From: a virus
Direction: 5' to 3' (one strand)
IMG/VR virus record: IMGVR_UViG_3300028610_002494
Span: 47,838-111,837 of that record
Length of the DNA: 64,000 nt
Shown here: piece after piece, positions 1-9,540 of the stretch
Layout: every line of letters starts with the position of its first letter
Numbering within the stretch: the stretch's first letter is position 1
The notes under the pieces: model-generated
What the model was told of the DNA's origin: nothing
The model's input: the letters and a program-made list of their open reading frames with translations, nothing else
Databases searched by the model: none
Translations under genes and position numbers: made by a program

Positions 1-7
1 TGAAACA

Positions 8-229
8 ATGCGAAAAAGAATATCTAAAAGAAGTAAAGGAAAAGAACATAGTGAAAAAAGAGAAAGAAATTTAAGATCAAAAGCAAGTTGTTCTGAATCA
101 ACTTATAATAGACTTGAAGAAAATAGTACATTTATTAAAACTAAATTCGATACATCAGATTCTAAGATTTTTGATAATATAGTTATATATATATCTGAAA
201 TTATTGACAAAACACTAAAAAAGGAATAA
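8..229 (+). CDS. Hypothetical protein
   Basis: 73-aa ORF abutting the next gene; no motif recognised. Confidence 0.4.
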   Translation: MRKRISKRSKGKEHSEKRERNLRSKASCSESTYNRLEENSTFIKTKFDTSDSKIFDNIVIYISEIIDKTLKKE

Positions 230-231
230 AT

Positions 232-804
232 ATGGATTTTTTGATAAGAAAAATTAAAAATGAAAATGATAAAACACAAATTAAAATAATTTGTGAAAGT
301 GTGGACAATAAAACAGTGAAATCTTTTCCTAATATTTGGGAAAGATTTAATAACTGGGAAAAGAATCCACCTTATGTTGTTGAAATAGATGGAAAGATAA
401 TTGCTTTTATGGGATTCACGATTAATAGAAATAATTATATTAATTTTTATGATTTTGCAGTTTTACCTGAATACCAAAGAAAAGGTATTGGTTCAGCTTT
501 ATGGGATAAGGTTATTAAAATTGCAACAGAAAATAGTAAAACAAGAATAAAATGTTCTGCTCACATAGATTATGGTGGATATTTCTTTTACACTAAGAAA
601 GTTAATTGGAAACCAATTGCAAGAAAAGGGAAAGAATATAAATTTGATGCTTTAATTGAAGGAATTGATAATATTAATGATTTTACAAAAAGTATAAAGA
701 AACAAACTCCACCAGATAAAAAAGAGATTGAAAGATATCAGAGATTAGATGAGTATTTTTATAACTTAACTAAAAAAATATGGGAGTACTTTAAAAAATG
801 TTAG
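232..804 (+). CDS. GNAT family N-acetyltransferase
   Basis: Acetyl-CoA motif A FAVLPEYQRKGIGSALW; VVEIDGKIIAF strand; C-terminal KKIWEYF. Confidence 0.85.
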   Translation: MDFLIRKIKNENDKTQIKIICESVDNKTVKSFPNIWERFNNWEKNPPYVVEIDGKIIAFMGFTINRNNYINFYDFAVLPEYQRKGIGSALWDKVIKIATENSKTRIKCSAHIDYGGYFFYTKKVNWKPIARKGKEYKFDALIEGIDNINDFTKSIKKQTPPDKKEIERYQRLDEYFYNLTKKIWEYFKKC

Positions 805-1403
805 AAACAATTGATGAAGAAGATAAAATAATTAGGAAATTAACTTTTAAAGAAAAATTAGAAATTGGAAAATGTGGAGAAAAAATTACAGATGAGAGAA
901 TAGTAGATATAATCCATTTCTTTACAGCTTATAATTCACCAAGAAGATGGTATATAGAAAAAAGTGTATATCAAAAACTATCTCCATATGAAAGATATAA
1001 AAAATACCAAGGCAACGGAATTGATGGATTACTTCATTATGATAGCTTATTAGTTCAAGTAAAAACAAGACAACTTGCATATCTCTTAGAAGAAGACATA
1101 TATTTTGAATTAGGAAGAAGTATAAAAGGAATAAATAAATATAGTGGATGGTATTGGAAAAATATTGATTTATTATTATATTATTTTTATAGCTTAACAA
1201 AAAAGAAGATAATGTGTGGATATGTTATACTTCTGGATGAATTTAAGAAAACATATAACACTCCTGTAAAAATTAATAAGAAGTTTGAAATAAAATGTGA
1301 TTGGAACTTTAATCCAACAAAAATATATTTTTGTCCTAAATTTAAAGATTTTCCAAATAATTCATTTTATGATATAACACCAATAGTAAAGGAGCTGGAA
1401 TAA
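798..1403 (+). CDS. PD-(D/E)xK nuclease-like protein
   Basis: GKCGE...GIDGLL...VQVKTR...IYFE...SGW pattern typical of viral restriction-fold proteins. Confidence 0.5.
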   Translation: MLETIDEEDKIIRKLTFKEKLEIGKCGEKITDERIVDIIHFFTAYNSPRRWYIEKSVYQKLSPYERYKKYQGNGIDGLLHYDSLLVQVKTRQLAYLLEEDIYFELGRSIKGINKYSGWYWKNIDLLLYYFYSLTKKKIMCGYVILLDEFKKTYNTPVKINKKFEIKCDWNFNPTKIYFCPKFKDFPNNSFYDITPIVKELE

Positions 1404-1404
1404 A

Positions 1405-1821
1405 ATAAAACTAATTCCTGATGTAACAGATAAAACATTAGAAACAAAGAAATTTAATCCAAAATTAATTTATGAATCTATATTAAGAGAAACTGATATT
1501 TCTGAAGAAGATGCTAAAAGAATTATGGAAGAAGTTGTAAGAAAATTAGTTTTTATGGGTAAAAAAATAAAGTTCCTATCTGCTCGAATGATAAGAGAAA
1601 CGACAAATGCAACATTTCCAGAATATGGATTTGAAGAAGAAAGAAAAAAATATACAGTAATTGGAATTCCATTCTATGATTTAAAAAATTGGGTTGAAGA
1701 TAAAACCTTAATTCAAACAGAAATTGATAAAAAAATAGTAGAACATATTAGAACTGAATATTTAAATGTAGAAAACCTAATAGAAACAATAAGAAATGGA
1801 GAAAATAATGAGAGATTATAA
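1405..1821 (+). CDS. Standalone ATP-cone protein (NrdD N-terminus-like), probable ATA start
   Basis: Frame is open upstream of the annotated Met at 1525. It reads KKFNPKLIYESILRETDISEEDAKRIMEEVVRKL...FLSARMIRE...EYGFEEERKKYTVIGIPFYD, resembling the archaeal NrdD ATP-cone. GGAGCTGG lies 6 nt before ATA 1405. Confidence 0.7.
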   Translation: MKLIPDVTDKTLETKKFNPKLIYESILRETDISEEDAKRIMEEVVRKLVFMGKKIKFLSARMIRETTNATFPEYGFEEERKKYTVIGIPFYDLKNWVEDKTLIQTEIDKKIVEHIRTEYLNVENLIETIRNGENNERL

Positions 1822-2926
1822 TATAACAGACTACAGAACTGAAAGATGGAATGGTTTTAAGGATTATTATATTAAAGAAATGTACTGTGGTGATGATCCA
1901 AATTATCCTGCTTTAAATTATATTTGTGATAAATTAAAACTAACTGAAGAACAGAGATATTGGATTGCATTCTTATATGGAACTAATTATTGTGTTCCAA
2001 CAACATATTACATTTTTAAGGAATTTCCTGATTATGAAAGAATAGATATTGACGAACTACAACATTGGTGGGATAAAAATAAAGAAAAAACACATTTCCA
2101 AACAGACAGAGCAAAAGTAAAGAACTTTAATTATTTTGTAAAATGTGTTGAAAGCTATCAAGATTTAGTAGGAAAAAACCAAGTAGAAACTTTTGATATA
2201 TTTACTGAAATAGATGATAATCAAGAAAAATATAAAATGGTTTATGATTTTACTAATGAAATATTTTATTTTGGAAGATTTAGTTTATTTAATTATCTTG
2301 AAACAATTAATAAACTCACTAATTTAGAAATGGAACCAGATGGTTTAGATCTTAAATATGCAGAGAGTGCACGTAATGGACTATGTTATGCTTGTAATAA
2401 AGAAGAGTTTATCACATTACATCACAAAAAATCAAAAGAAAAGATAAATTATAGGTATTTACAAGAAAAACTCGAAACAATTGTATATGAATTAAAAGAA
2501 GAGAACCCTGAGATTGATGTAAACTACTGGAATGTTGAAACTGTTTTATGTGCATATAAAAAACTATTCTGGAACACAAGATATCTTGGTTATTATATTG
2601 ATAGACAAATGGAAGATATAATTAAATTGCAGAATAATGTAGATATAATAGATTGGAAAATTCTATGGGATTTTAGAGCTGAATTTCATCATCCACAATT
2701 TCTTGGTGAATTTAATGACTGGAATGGGATAAGAGAAGAGAACAAGTATTATGTAACAAAACATGGAATACTTGATATTAAAGAATTTCCTAAATATAAA
2801 ACCTGTTTAAGAAAAGTTGATTTACAATCTACTAAAAAACCAAAATTAATAAACAACTTAGAACATTATAAAAGAAGAATAATAAGCAAAAAACCTAAAC
2901 CAAAAAAAATATGGGAATATTTTTAA
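1796..2926 (+). CDS. Amino acid:DNA transferase-like (aGPT-PPlase2/ADDT) DNA hypermodification enzyme
   Basis: DDPNYPAL..., RYWIAFLYG, FQTDR, FGRFSLFNYLE, SARNGL, NVETVLCAYKK and RYLGYYIDRQ match the motif pattern of the phage thymidine-hypermodification transferase family. True start may be 1808. Confidence 0.75.
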   Translation: MEKIMRDYNITDYRTERWNGFKDYYIKEMYCGDDPNYPALNYICDKLKLTEEQRYWIAFLYGTNYCVPTTYYIFKEFPDYERIDIDELQHWWDKNKEKTHFQTDRAKVKNFNYFVKCVESYQDLVGKNQVETFDIFTEIDDNQEKYKMVYDFTNEIFYFGRFSLFNYLETINKLTNLEMEPDGLDLKYAESARNGLCYACNKEEFITLHHKKSKEKINYRYLQEKLETIVYELKEENPEIDVNYWNVETVLCAYKKLFWNTRYLGYYIDRQMEDIIKLQNNVDIIDWKILWDFRAEFHHPQFLGEFNDWNGIREENKYYVTKHGILDIKEFPKYKTCLRKVDLQSTKKPKLINNLEHYKRRIISKKPKPKKIWEYF

Positions 2927-2942
2927 AAAGAGGTGAAATATT

Positions 2943-3179
2943 ATAACAAATCATAAAGAAATAAGATACAAAATCTGTTTTAATTGTAAGGTGTTTATGC
3001 CAATTTTCACTTGTGATGCCATTAATCTACAAGAACTAACAAATTTCGAAAGAATACATAATGAACATATGGTTCAAACTATAAACTACAACGAAATACC
3101 TACAAATTATATATTTATTAAAGGCAAAAATGCAAGAGAAAGAACTTTAACACAAATTCAAAAAATGTTAGAAGTATGA
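2943..3179 (+). CDS. Small putative Zn-binding protein, probable ATA start
   Basis: Frame is open upstream of GTG 2991, giving ...RYKICFNCKVF...FERIHNEH (CxxC...HxxH). GAGGTGA lies 6 nt before ATA 2943. Confidence 0.55.
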   Translation: MTNHKEIRYKICFNCKVFMPIFTCDAINLQELTNFERIHNEHMVQTINYNEIPTNYIFIKGKNARERTLTQIQKMLEV

Positions 3180-3337
3180 AAAAATGTAAGGGATGTGGAT
3201 ATCCTCAAAATCCACCAAATAGCAATAAAATTTGGTTATCTGAGGATGGTCTATGTTCAATATGTTATTCAAAACAAATAAAACTTAAAAAAAATAATAA
3301 AAAACCTAAAAAAATATGGGAATATTATGATAATTAA
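3176..3337 (+). CDS. 53-aa zinc-finger protein with KKIWEYY tail (absent from ORF track)
   Basis: MKKCKGCGYPQNPPNSNKIWLSEDGLCSICYSKQIKLKKNNKKPKKIWEYYDN; overlaps both neighbouring genes. Confidence 0.65.
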   Translation: MKKCKGCGYPQNPPNSNKIWLSEDGLCSICYSKQIKLKKNNKKPKKIWEYYDN

Positions 3338-3818
3338 AATAAAGAAAATGGGAAGAAATGTAAAATTACCAACAAAACAAAGAGAAGGAGATGCTGGATA
3401 TGATGCTTATATTTATGGTTTCCAGAAATATACTCAAAATAAAATTAATAAAAATAAAAATCCAGTTAATTTGAATAGATCAGAATATATTTTAGAACCA
3501 TTAGAAAGGGTTGATTGTAGATTAGGATTTGCCACAGAAATTCCTGAAGGATATTATGCTCAAATTGTACCAAGAAGTGGTTTAGCAATTTGGAATGGTT
3601 TAACTGTATTAAATACACCTGCTACAATTGATTCTGGTTTCAGAAATGAATGGATGGTGATAATTGTTAATATTTCTGATAAAAAAGTGAAGTTAATAGT
3701 TGGAGACAGAATTTGTCAAATAATCATAAGAAAATTGGTGGAATTTGAATTTAAAGAAGTTAAAAAATTAAATAAATCTGAAAGAAATTTAAATGGATTA
3801 GGGAGCACAGGAAAATGA
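3327..3818 (+). CDS. dut: Trimeric dUTPase
   Basis: Motifs AGYD, PRSGLA, TIDSGFR, GDRICQ, RNLNGLGSTG. Confidence 0.95.
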   Translation: MIIKIKKMGRNVKLPTKQREGDAGYDAYIYGFQKYTQNKINKNKNPVNLNRSEYILEPLERVDCRLGFATEIPEGYYAQIVPRSGLAIWNGLTVLNTPATIDSGFRNEWMVIIVNISDKKVKLIVGDRICQIIIRKLVEFEFKEVKKLNKSERNLNGLGSTGK

Positions 3819-5017
3819 AAATATTAGTAATAGCAGGATATCTTGAAGCAAATATCAAGAATGAAACACACAAAACTCAAAGTATTAAAGGTGGAGCATC
3901 TAAAAGTATTACAAACATAGTTAATAGCTTAAGAGATATAAAAGGTATCCAAATAAAAGTTTTAACACAAAAATTTAGAAACAAACTCTTAAAATCACTT
4001 GATCTTGATGCTTATATATTAATTCCAAGAATAATAAAAAATATTTCGAAATTTAAACCTAACATTATTATAACACAAGACAGAATTGCTTTTCCAACAA
4101 TTCTCATTTCCAAAATAATGAAAATTCCTGTTATTTATATAATCAGATCTCCCACAGAGTTTTGTCCAAAATATGTAGATGTTGTTAACTATGGAAAAGC
4201 ATGTTCAGGAATAAATAACAGGAGACAATGTTTTAAATGTATTAATAAATGGAAAACCTTGCGGATTTTAATTGATAATAGACCAAAAGGTTCAGAATAT
4301 TCCATTAAAGCTTCTTTATTAAATGTTTTTTTTAAAATACGATATTTTATATGTTTATTCAATTTGTATTTAACTAAAAAAGCTAATATGATTCTGGTTG
4401 CTTCTACATTAATGAAAGAATTTTTTTCCAATAAGATAAACCAAGATAAAATTAAAATAATTAATATAACTCCAATCCACAAATATATAAATAATGTAAA
4501 TAGAAAAAAGAAACAATTGATATTTATCAGAACCCATTATAATGCTGCACATAAAGGTTTAAATTTCATTTTAAAATTATCAAAAATTATACCTGAAAAA
4601 TATCGTATTTTAATAGTTGGCAGTTCTGAGGACAAACAACAAGAAAATAATCCAAAAATATTAAATGTTGGATATATTTCTTCTAAAATATTACTTAACA
4701 AAATGTTTGCAGAATCCAAGATCACTTTAGTTCCATCTTTCTTTACTGAAGCTTTTGGAAGGATTATTCCTGAAAGTTTGTCAAATAAAACTCCAGTTAT
4801 CTCTTCTCCACAATGTGGTGCAAACCAATTTTTTAAGGAAAAAGATTTTTTAAGGGTTGTTCCTTTAAAATTAAACTTATGGATAAAAACAATTGAAGAT
4901 ATTATCCAAAATCCTCCAATTATTACTGATAATGATATTTCTCAAATTTATGAGCAATTCTCATTAGAAAAGAGTAAAAAAGATTTAATGAATATAATAA
5001 AAAATATTAAAAGGTGA
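3815..5017 (+). CDS. GT-B glycosyltransferase (GT4-like)
   Basis: MKILVI...GGAS; HKGL; LVPSFFTEAFGRIIPESLSNKTPVISS (EX7E motif). Confidence 0.9.
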   Translation: MKILVIAGYLEANIKNETHKTQSIKGGASKSITNIVNSLRDIKGIQIKVLTQKFRNKLLKSLDLDAYILIPRIIKNISKFKPNIIITQDRIAFPTILISKIMKIPVIYIIRSPTEFCPKYVDVVNYGKACSGINNRRQCFKCINKWKTLRILIDNRPKGSEYSIKASLLNVFFKIRYFICLFNLYLTKKANMILVASTLMKEFFSNKINQDKIKIINITPIHKYINNVNRKKKQLIFIRTHYNAAHKGLNFILKLSKIIPEKYRILIVGSSEDKQQENNPKILNVGYISSKILLNKMFAESKITLVPSFFTEAFGRIIPESLSNKTPVISSPQCGANQFFKEKDFLRVVPLKLNLWIKTIEDIIQNPPIITDNDISQIYEQFSLEKSKKDLMNIIKNIKR

Positions 5018-5364
5018 TTAAAATAAAAGAATGGAAAGAATGGAATTCATTTATACAATGGATATGTATTATTGGTTTTTTTTTAATAATTATAATGGTA
5101 TTTATTGAAGTTTTTTATTTTATTATAAATATTCCAGATGAACTTATTCTTGGGATTCGTGAAAATAGTATAGGGAAACATTATCTCAATAATCCAGAAT
5201 TAGTAGCTGAGATGGAAGCTTTAGCATCATCATCTGAGTTTTTACATTATACAATAGTATTTTTATTATATACATTGATATGTATAGTATTATTTTTTTC
5301 ATATAATGAGGTTAGAGAAAATGAAAAAATATTTAAAAAAAGGAAAAAACATAGAAAAAAATAA
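5014..5364 (+). CDS. Membrane protein (2 TM)
   Basis: Two hydrophobic segments. The annotated GTG lies within an AGGTGA SD, so ATA 5023 may be the true start. Confidence 0.55.
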   Translation: MIKIKEWKEWNSFIQWICIIGFFLIIIMVFIEVFYFIINIPDELILGIRENSIGKHYLNNPELVAEMEALASSSEFLHYTIVFLLYTLICIVLFFSYNEVRENEKIFKKRKKHRKK

Positions 5365-5617
5365 ATTGAAACACATTTTTAAATCTATTTTATTCTATAC
5401 TAAACTTGTGTTTTATGTTTCAATAGGAATTTTAAGTTTAGGAATGATATTTGTATTGTTTATGGGTTCGGATTTAGAAGAAGAAATATTTGAAGATGAA
5501 TATGAATTAATGAGGAGAAGAGAACAATTAGAAGATGATTTAATATCAGAAAAGACAAAAAAATACAATAAATTAACTTTAATAAAAAAAGAGGAAAATA
5601 ATGAAAGAGAAATATAA
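5306..5617 (+). CDS. Membrane protein (1 TM)
   Basis: Hydrophobic segment followed by a charged tail. Confidence 0.5.
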   Translation: MRLEKMKKYLKKGKNIEKNKLKHIFKSILFYTKLVFYVSIGILSLGMIFVLFMGSDLEEEIFEDEYELMRRREQLEDDLISEKTKKYNKLTLIKKEENNEREI

Positions 5618-6344
5618 AGATTGGAAAGAAGCATTTCAAATGAAAAAAAAGTATTCAAAAAACTTTCCATTTTGTTTCTATGATTTAGCTGCAAAATATT
5701 TACCTGAAGATGAGAAAGCTATAGTTATTGATGTTGGTTGTGGAGAATGTAGATTTGAGGATTATCTTGATCTATGGAACAAATATAAAAATTTATTTGT
5801 TTTAGATGGAAATCTTGAAACTGTTGATAAAATAAAAGAAAAAACAAGATTGATACATGAATTTGATTATACAATTGAATATATAGCACCAAATAGAATG
5901 TTATTTGAAAATGAATCAGTGGATTATATATTTTGTGGACACTTAATAGAACATCTTGATTTCAAGGAATTATATAAATTATTTAAAGAATTTGATCGAG
6001 TTTTAAAAAATGATGGAATTCTTGTTGTAAGCACTCCTATGTTATGGAATGGTTTTTATGGGACACTTAGTCATGTAAAACCTTATCATCCAGCACTTTT
6101 CAAGGATTATTTTTATACTGATGATGAAAATATAAACCCATCATATAAACCTATTTCCAGAAAATATAAACTTGAGGAACTTGTTTATAGATACCATACA
6201 TTTGTAGATATACATAATACAATGGGATCATCTATAAAAGCATTTGATTTTCTAATTCAATTCTCGAAGTATGTTTTGAGAGCTTTAGGAATAAAAAAAT
6301 ATACTCAAACTGGATATACAATAATTTTAAGGAAACAAAAATGA
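5601..6344 (+). CDS. Class I SAM-dependent methyltransferase
   Basis: VIDVGCGE; FENESVDYIFCGHLIEHL; RVLKNDGILVVSTP. Confidence 0.9.
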   Translation: MKEKYKDWKEAFQMKKKYSKNFPFCFYDLAAKYLPEDEKAIVIDVGCGECRFEDYLDLWNKYKNLFVLDGNLETVDKIKEKTRLIHEFDYTIEYIAPNRMLFENESVDYIFCGHLIEHLDFKELYKLFKEFDRVLKNDGILVVSTPMLWNGFYGTLSHVKPYHPALFKDYFYTDDENINPSYKPISRKYKLEELVYRYHTFVDIHNTMGSSIKAFDFLIQFSKYVLRALGIKKYTQTGYTIILRKQK

Positions 6345-7021
6345 ATAACATTAAAGATACAAGCTGGATTTCATATAAAACACTTCAATCACATTTTATG
6401 CAAATTTATTTAACAATAAAACTAAAAGCTAAAGATGTTCTTGAGATTGGAGTATTAAGGAAAATTGTCACTTCTATTTTAAATCAATATTGTAATTTAA
6501 CCACTCTTGATTTTAAAGAAGAGTTTAATCCAGACTTGATTATTGATATTACTGATTCTAAACAGCTTGATACCATTAAAAATAATGCTTATGATTTAAT
6601 ATTACTCTGTGAAGTGTTAGAACATATTTCTTATGAAAAAATAGATAAAATACTCAAAATATTAAAAAAGAAAACAAGAAAATACCTAATAATTTCAGTT
6701 CCAAATCAAACTACATATATAAATCTAACTTTCTTTAATCACAGTAATAATAGAATACTTAAAAAAATAAAAGATTATTTTAATTTATTTTTTATTAAAA
6801 TAGGAAACTTAATTTCAAAATTAGACTATAATATAAGGAAAAAACATAGAAAATATAAATCCGAAGGGACTTTCTTTCCTCATTGTTGGGAATTAGGAGT
6901 AGATAAATATAGTATAAACACATTTAAAAAACTATTAGAAAAGTATTTTACAATTATAAAAGAAGAAAGACTTAGAGATCATCCTTTTCACCATTTTTTT
7001 ATATTAAAAAAGAGGTTATAA
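6341..7021 (+). CDS. Class I SAM-dependent methyltransferase
   Basis: VLEIGV; YDLILLCEVLEHI; LIISVPN; HCWELG. Confidence 0.8.
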   Translation: MNNIKDTSWISYKTLQSHFMQIYLTIKLKAKDVLEIGVLRKIVTSILNQYCNLTTLDFKEEFNPDLIIDITDSKQLDTIKNNAYDLILLCEVLEHISYEKIDKILKILKKKTRKYLIISVPNQTTYINLTFFNHSNNRILKKIKDYFNLFFIKIGNLISKLDYNIRKKHRKYKSEGTFFPHCWELGVDKYSINTFKKLLEKYFTIIKEERLRDHPFHHFFILKKRL

Positions 7022-7022
7022 A

Positions 7023-7757
7023 ATGGGATTAACAAATGTTATCATTGATTTTCAAGAAGAAATCATTCAAAAAATAGGTTTTCAATGGCAAAACATAAGA
7101 ATATGTGAACTTGGTGCTATGTATATGAGAACAGTTGATATTCCTGCAAAAGAATATTATATTAAAGAAAAAAAAGTATTAGAACATATATCTATTGATT
7201 GGAATGGTATGTATGATTCACTTCCAATTGATTTATGTTTTCCTGTTCCTGAAGAATTATTAAATAGATTTCATTTAATAACTGATTTTGGAACAATAGA
7301 ACATGTAGATAATCAATATCAAGTTTTTAAAAATACACATGATATATGTACTAAAAATGGAATTATGATCCACATCTTACCAACCTTAAATTATTGGAAA
7401 TTTCATTGTCGTTATTTTTATACAAAAGAATTCTTTTTAAAATTAGCAGAATTATGTAAATATAAAACTCTTGATTTAAAAGAAGGAAATTGTTGTGATC
7501 CACCAATATTTAAGAGAGATTTGATTTATGTAGCATTTTTAAAACTAAATAATAATAAATTTACTTCAGAAAAAGAATTTAATAAGCTTAATATATTTGA
7601 TATAAAAGAACCAGATAATACTAACAAACTTAGAACAGAAAATATTGTTTACATTTTATGGAAATTAACAGAACACCAATTTTTTTTGAAGGGTTTTCGT
7701 AAAATACTTAAAAATATCTATAAGATATATATAAATGTTAAAAAAGGTATAAAATGA
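7023..7757 (+). CDS. SAM-dependent methyltransferase-like
   Basis: ICELGA; ISIDWNG; LITDFGTIEHV; GIMIHILP. Confidence 0.7.
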   Translation: MGLTNVIIDFQEEIIQKIGFQWQNIRICELGAMYMRTVDIPAKEYYIKEKKVLEHISIDWNGMYDSLPIDLCFPVPEELLNRFHLITDFGTIEHVDNQYQVFKNTHDICTKNGIMIHILPTLNYWKFHCRYFYTKEFFLKLAELCKYKTLDLKEGNCCDPPIFKRDLIYVAFLKLNNNKFTSEKEFNKLNIFDIKEPDNTNKLRTENIVYILWKLTEHQFFLKGFRKILKNIYKIYINVKKGIK

Positions 7758-8629
7758 AAACAAGAATATTCATACTCTGTGCAGGGAAAAATGTAAAATA
7801 TTATGGAATTACAAGACAATTATTAAAGATAAATGGAGAAGAAATATTAGGAAGAATGATTAGATTAATAAAAGAAGAATGTAATTATGAGATTTTTATA
7901 ATCACCAATAATGATATTATAGAGAATTATATTAAAAGTATTAGAAATAATAAAATTATACTTTTTCATCCTGCTGCTGAACGATATCATATGGAAAGCT
8001 TATATTCAACTAAAGAAGAATGGGTTGAAAGAAATATATTCTTATTTGGTGATGTAGTGTTCTCTAAACATGCTATAAAAAAAATATTAAATTCTGATAA
8101 TAAATTAAGTTTCTTCTTTAGAATAAAACCACATTTATATTTAAACAAACGTTATCCTGAAGGTTTTGGTATGTTAATTCCATTGAATGAAACTAATAGG
8201 ATGTCAGATATCATTTTAAGATCCTATAAAAGAGCATCTATACATGGTGGAGTATTTATATTTAATAGTATTTGGAAAGAACTTAATTTAAGATTAGGAG
8301 AAGAACATTTAGAATTTGAATCTTATAAAACACGTGATTTAATCAGTAAACTATGCTTAAATGAATTTATAAGAGGTATTTTTTATGGAATAATACGATC
8401 CATTGAAGGAAAAATAATACGATTTATTTTTTATAAAGCTAAAATATCTGATAAATGGAAAAATAAACTTGTTAAATTATTTTTAGGGAAAAAAATTCCA
8501 GATTATAATAAAAACTTATTATCATCTAAATACATTGTAGAAATACATGATATAACTGATGATATAGATCATCCAAGAGAGTATAAAGATTATATTAAAC
8601 TAATAGTGAAAAAAGGTTTATTACAATGA
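7754..8629 (+). CDS. Nucleotidyltransferase (NTP_transferase / LicC-like)
   Basis: IFILCAGK...RQLLKINGEEILGRMIRLI; FLFGDVVFS; TDDIDHPREY. Confidence 0.75.
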   Translation: MKTRIFILCAGKNVKYYGITRQLLKINGEEILGRMIRLIKEECNYEIFIITNNDIIENYIKSIRNNKIILFHPAAERYHMESLYSTKEEWVERNIFLFGDVVFSKHAIKKILNSDNKLSFFFRIKPHLYLNKRYPEGFGMLIPLNETNRMSDIILRSYKRASIHGGVFIFNSIWKELNLRLGEEHLEFESYKTRDLISKLCLNEFIRGIFYGIIRSIEGKIIRFIFYKAKISDKWKNKLVKLFLGKKIPDYNKNLLSSKYIVEIHDITDDIDHPREYKDYIKLIVKKGLLQ

Positions 8630-9540
8630 TGGATGCTACTGATAAATTTACTACAATTGGTTTTGAAATAACGAACCACTGTAATAAAAACTGTAAATTT
8701 TGCACTAAGATGACAGGATATAAATATAAAATCAGATATACAAAATTAGATGATTATGAATATGTTGTGTCTTGTATAAACAAGAAAGACAGAGAAAAAT
8801 TTAGAAAAGTAGTGATCACTGGTGGAGAACCACTTTTACATCCACATTTTATAGAATTAATGAATTTAGTAAGAAAAGATTTTCCGAAAGCTGAGATTAA
8901 AGTACAATCAAATGGAAGATTAATTAAAAGATTGCCACAAAAGAAATTAAGAATTTTACCTAATATAAAAAAAGTAATATTTTCAGTATCCCATTATCCA
9001 AGCTGGAACGATGAAATAAAGAAAATATATGACGGAAATATTAAAACACCGTTAATTTATAGAAGAGTAATCAGAAAACTAACCAAAAATAACAAATTTA
9101 TAAAATTACTCAATTTAGATTATAGAATTCCATTTATAAAAAAAGTAAGACGATTTATTAGCAATCCTTTTAAAAGAGGAAATGTTTACTTTAAGAATTT
9201 CACAGGATTTCGTGATCCTTATGTAGATCCAAATCTAACGAAAGAAAATGCAAAAATAGTTAGAAAAACATGTCATTATTTTATTTGGATAATAGACAGA
9301 AAGCTTTATAGCTGTTGTGTAGATTCTGTTTATGAAAGATATTATAACACCAAATCTGTTGGTATTAAATTTGATAAAAACTGGAAAAAAAATTATTTCA
9401 AATTACCAACATGGAGAGCTTGTGCTCATTGTCCACAAGGATATAATAGGTACATAGTAATTAGTTCAGGATTTGAAAAATATAAATTAATTAGTTTAAG
9501 AAAAAGATTAGAATTTGTGAGGATTAAAACCCATGTTTAA
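8626..9540 (+). CDS. Radical SAM protein
   Basis: CNKNCKFC; ITGGEPLLHP; SNG; C-terminal CC and CAHC. Confidence 0.9.
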   Translation: MMDATDKFTTIGFEITNHCNKNCKFCTKMTGYKYKIRYTKLDDYEYVVSCINKKDREKFRKVVITGGEPLLHPHFIELMNLVRKDFPKAEIKVQSNGRLIKRLPQKKLRILPNIKKVIFSVSHYPSWNDEIKKIYDGNIKTPLIYRRVIRKLTKNNKFIKLLNLDYRIPFIKKVRRFISNPFKRGNVYFKNFTGFRDPYVDPNLTKENAKIVRKTCHYFIWIIDRKLYSCCVDSVYERYYNTKSVGIKFDKNWKKNYFKLPTWRACAHCPQGYNRYIVISSGFEKYKLISLRKRLEFVRIKTHV

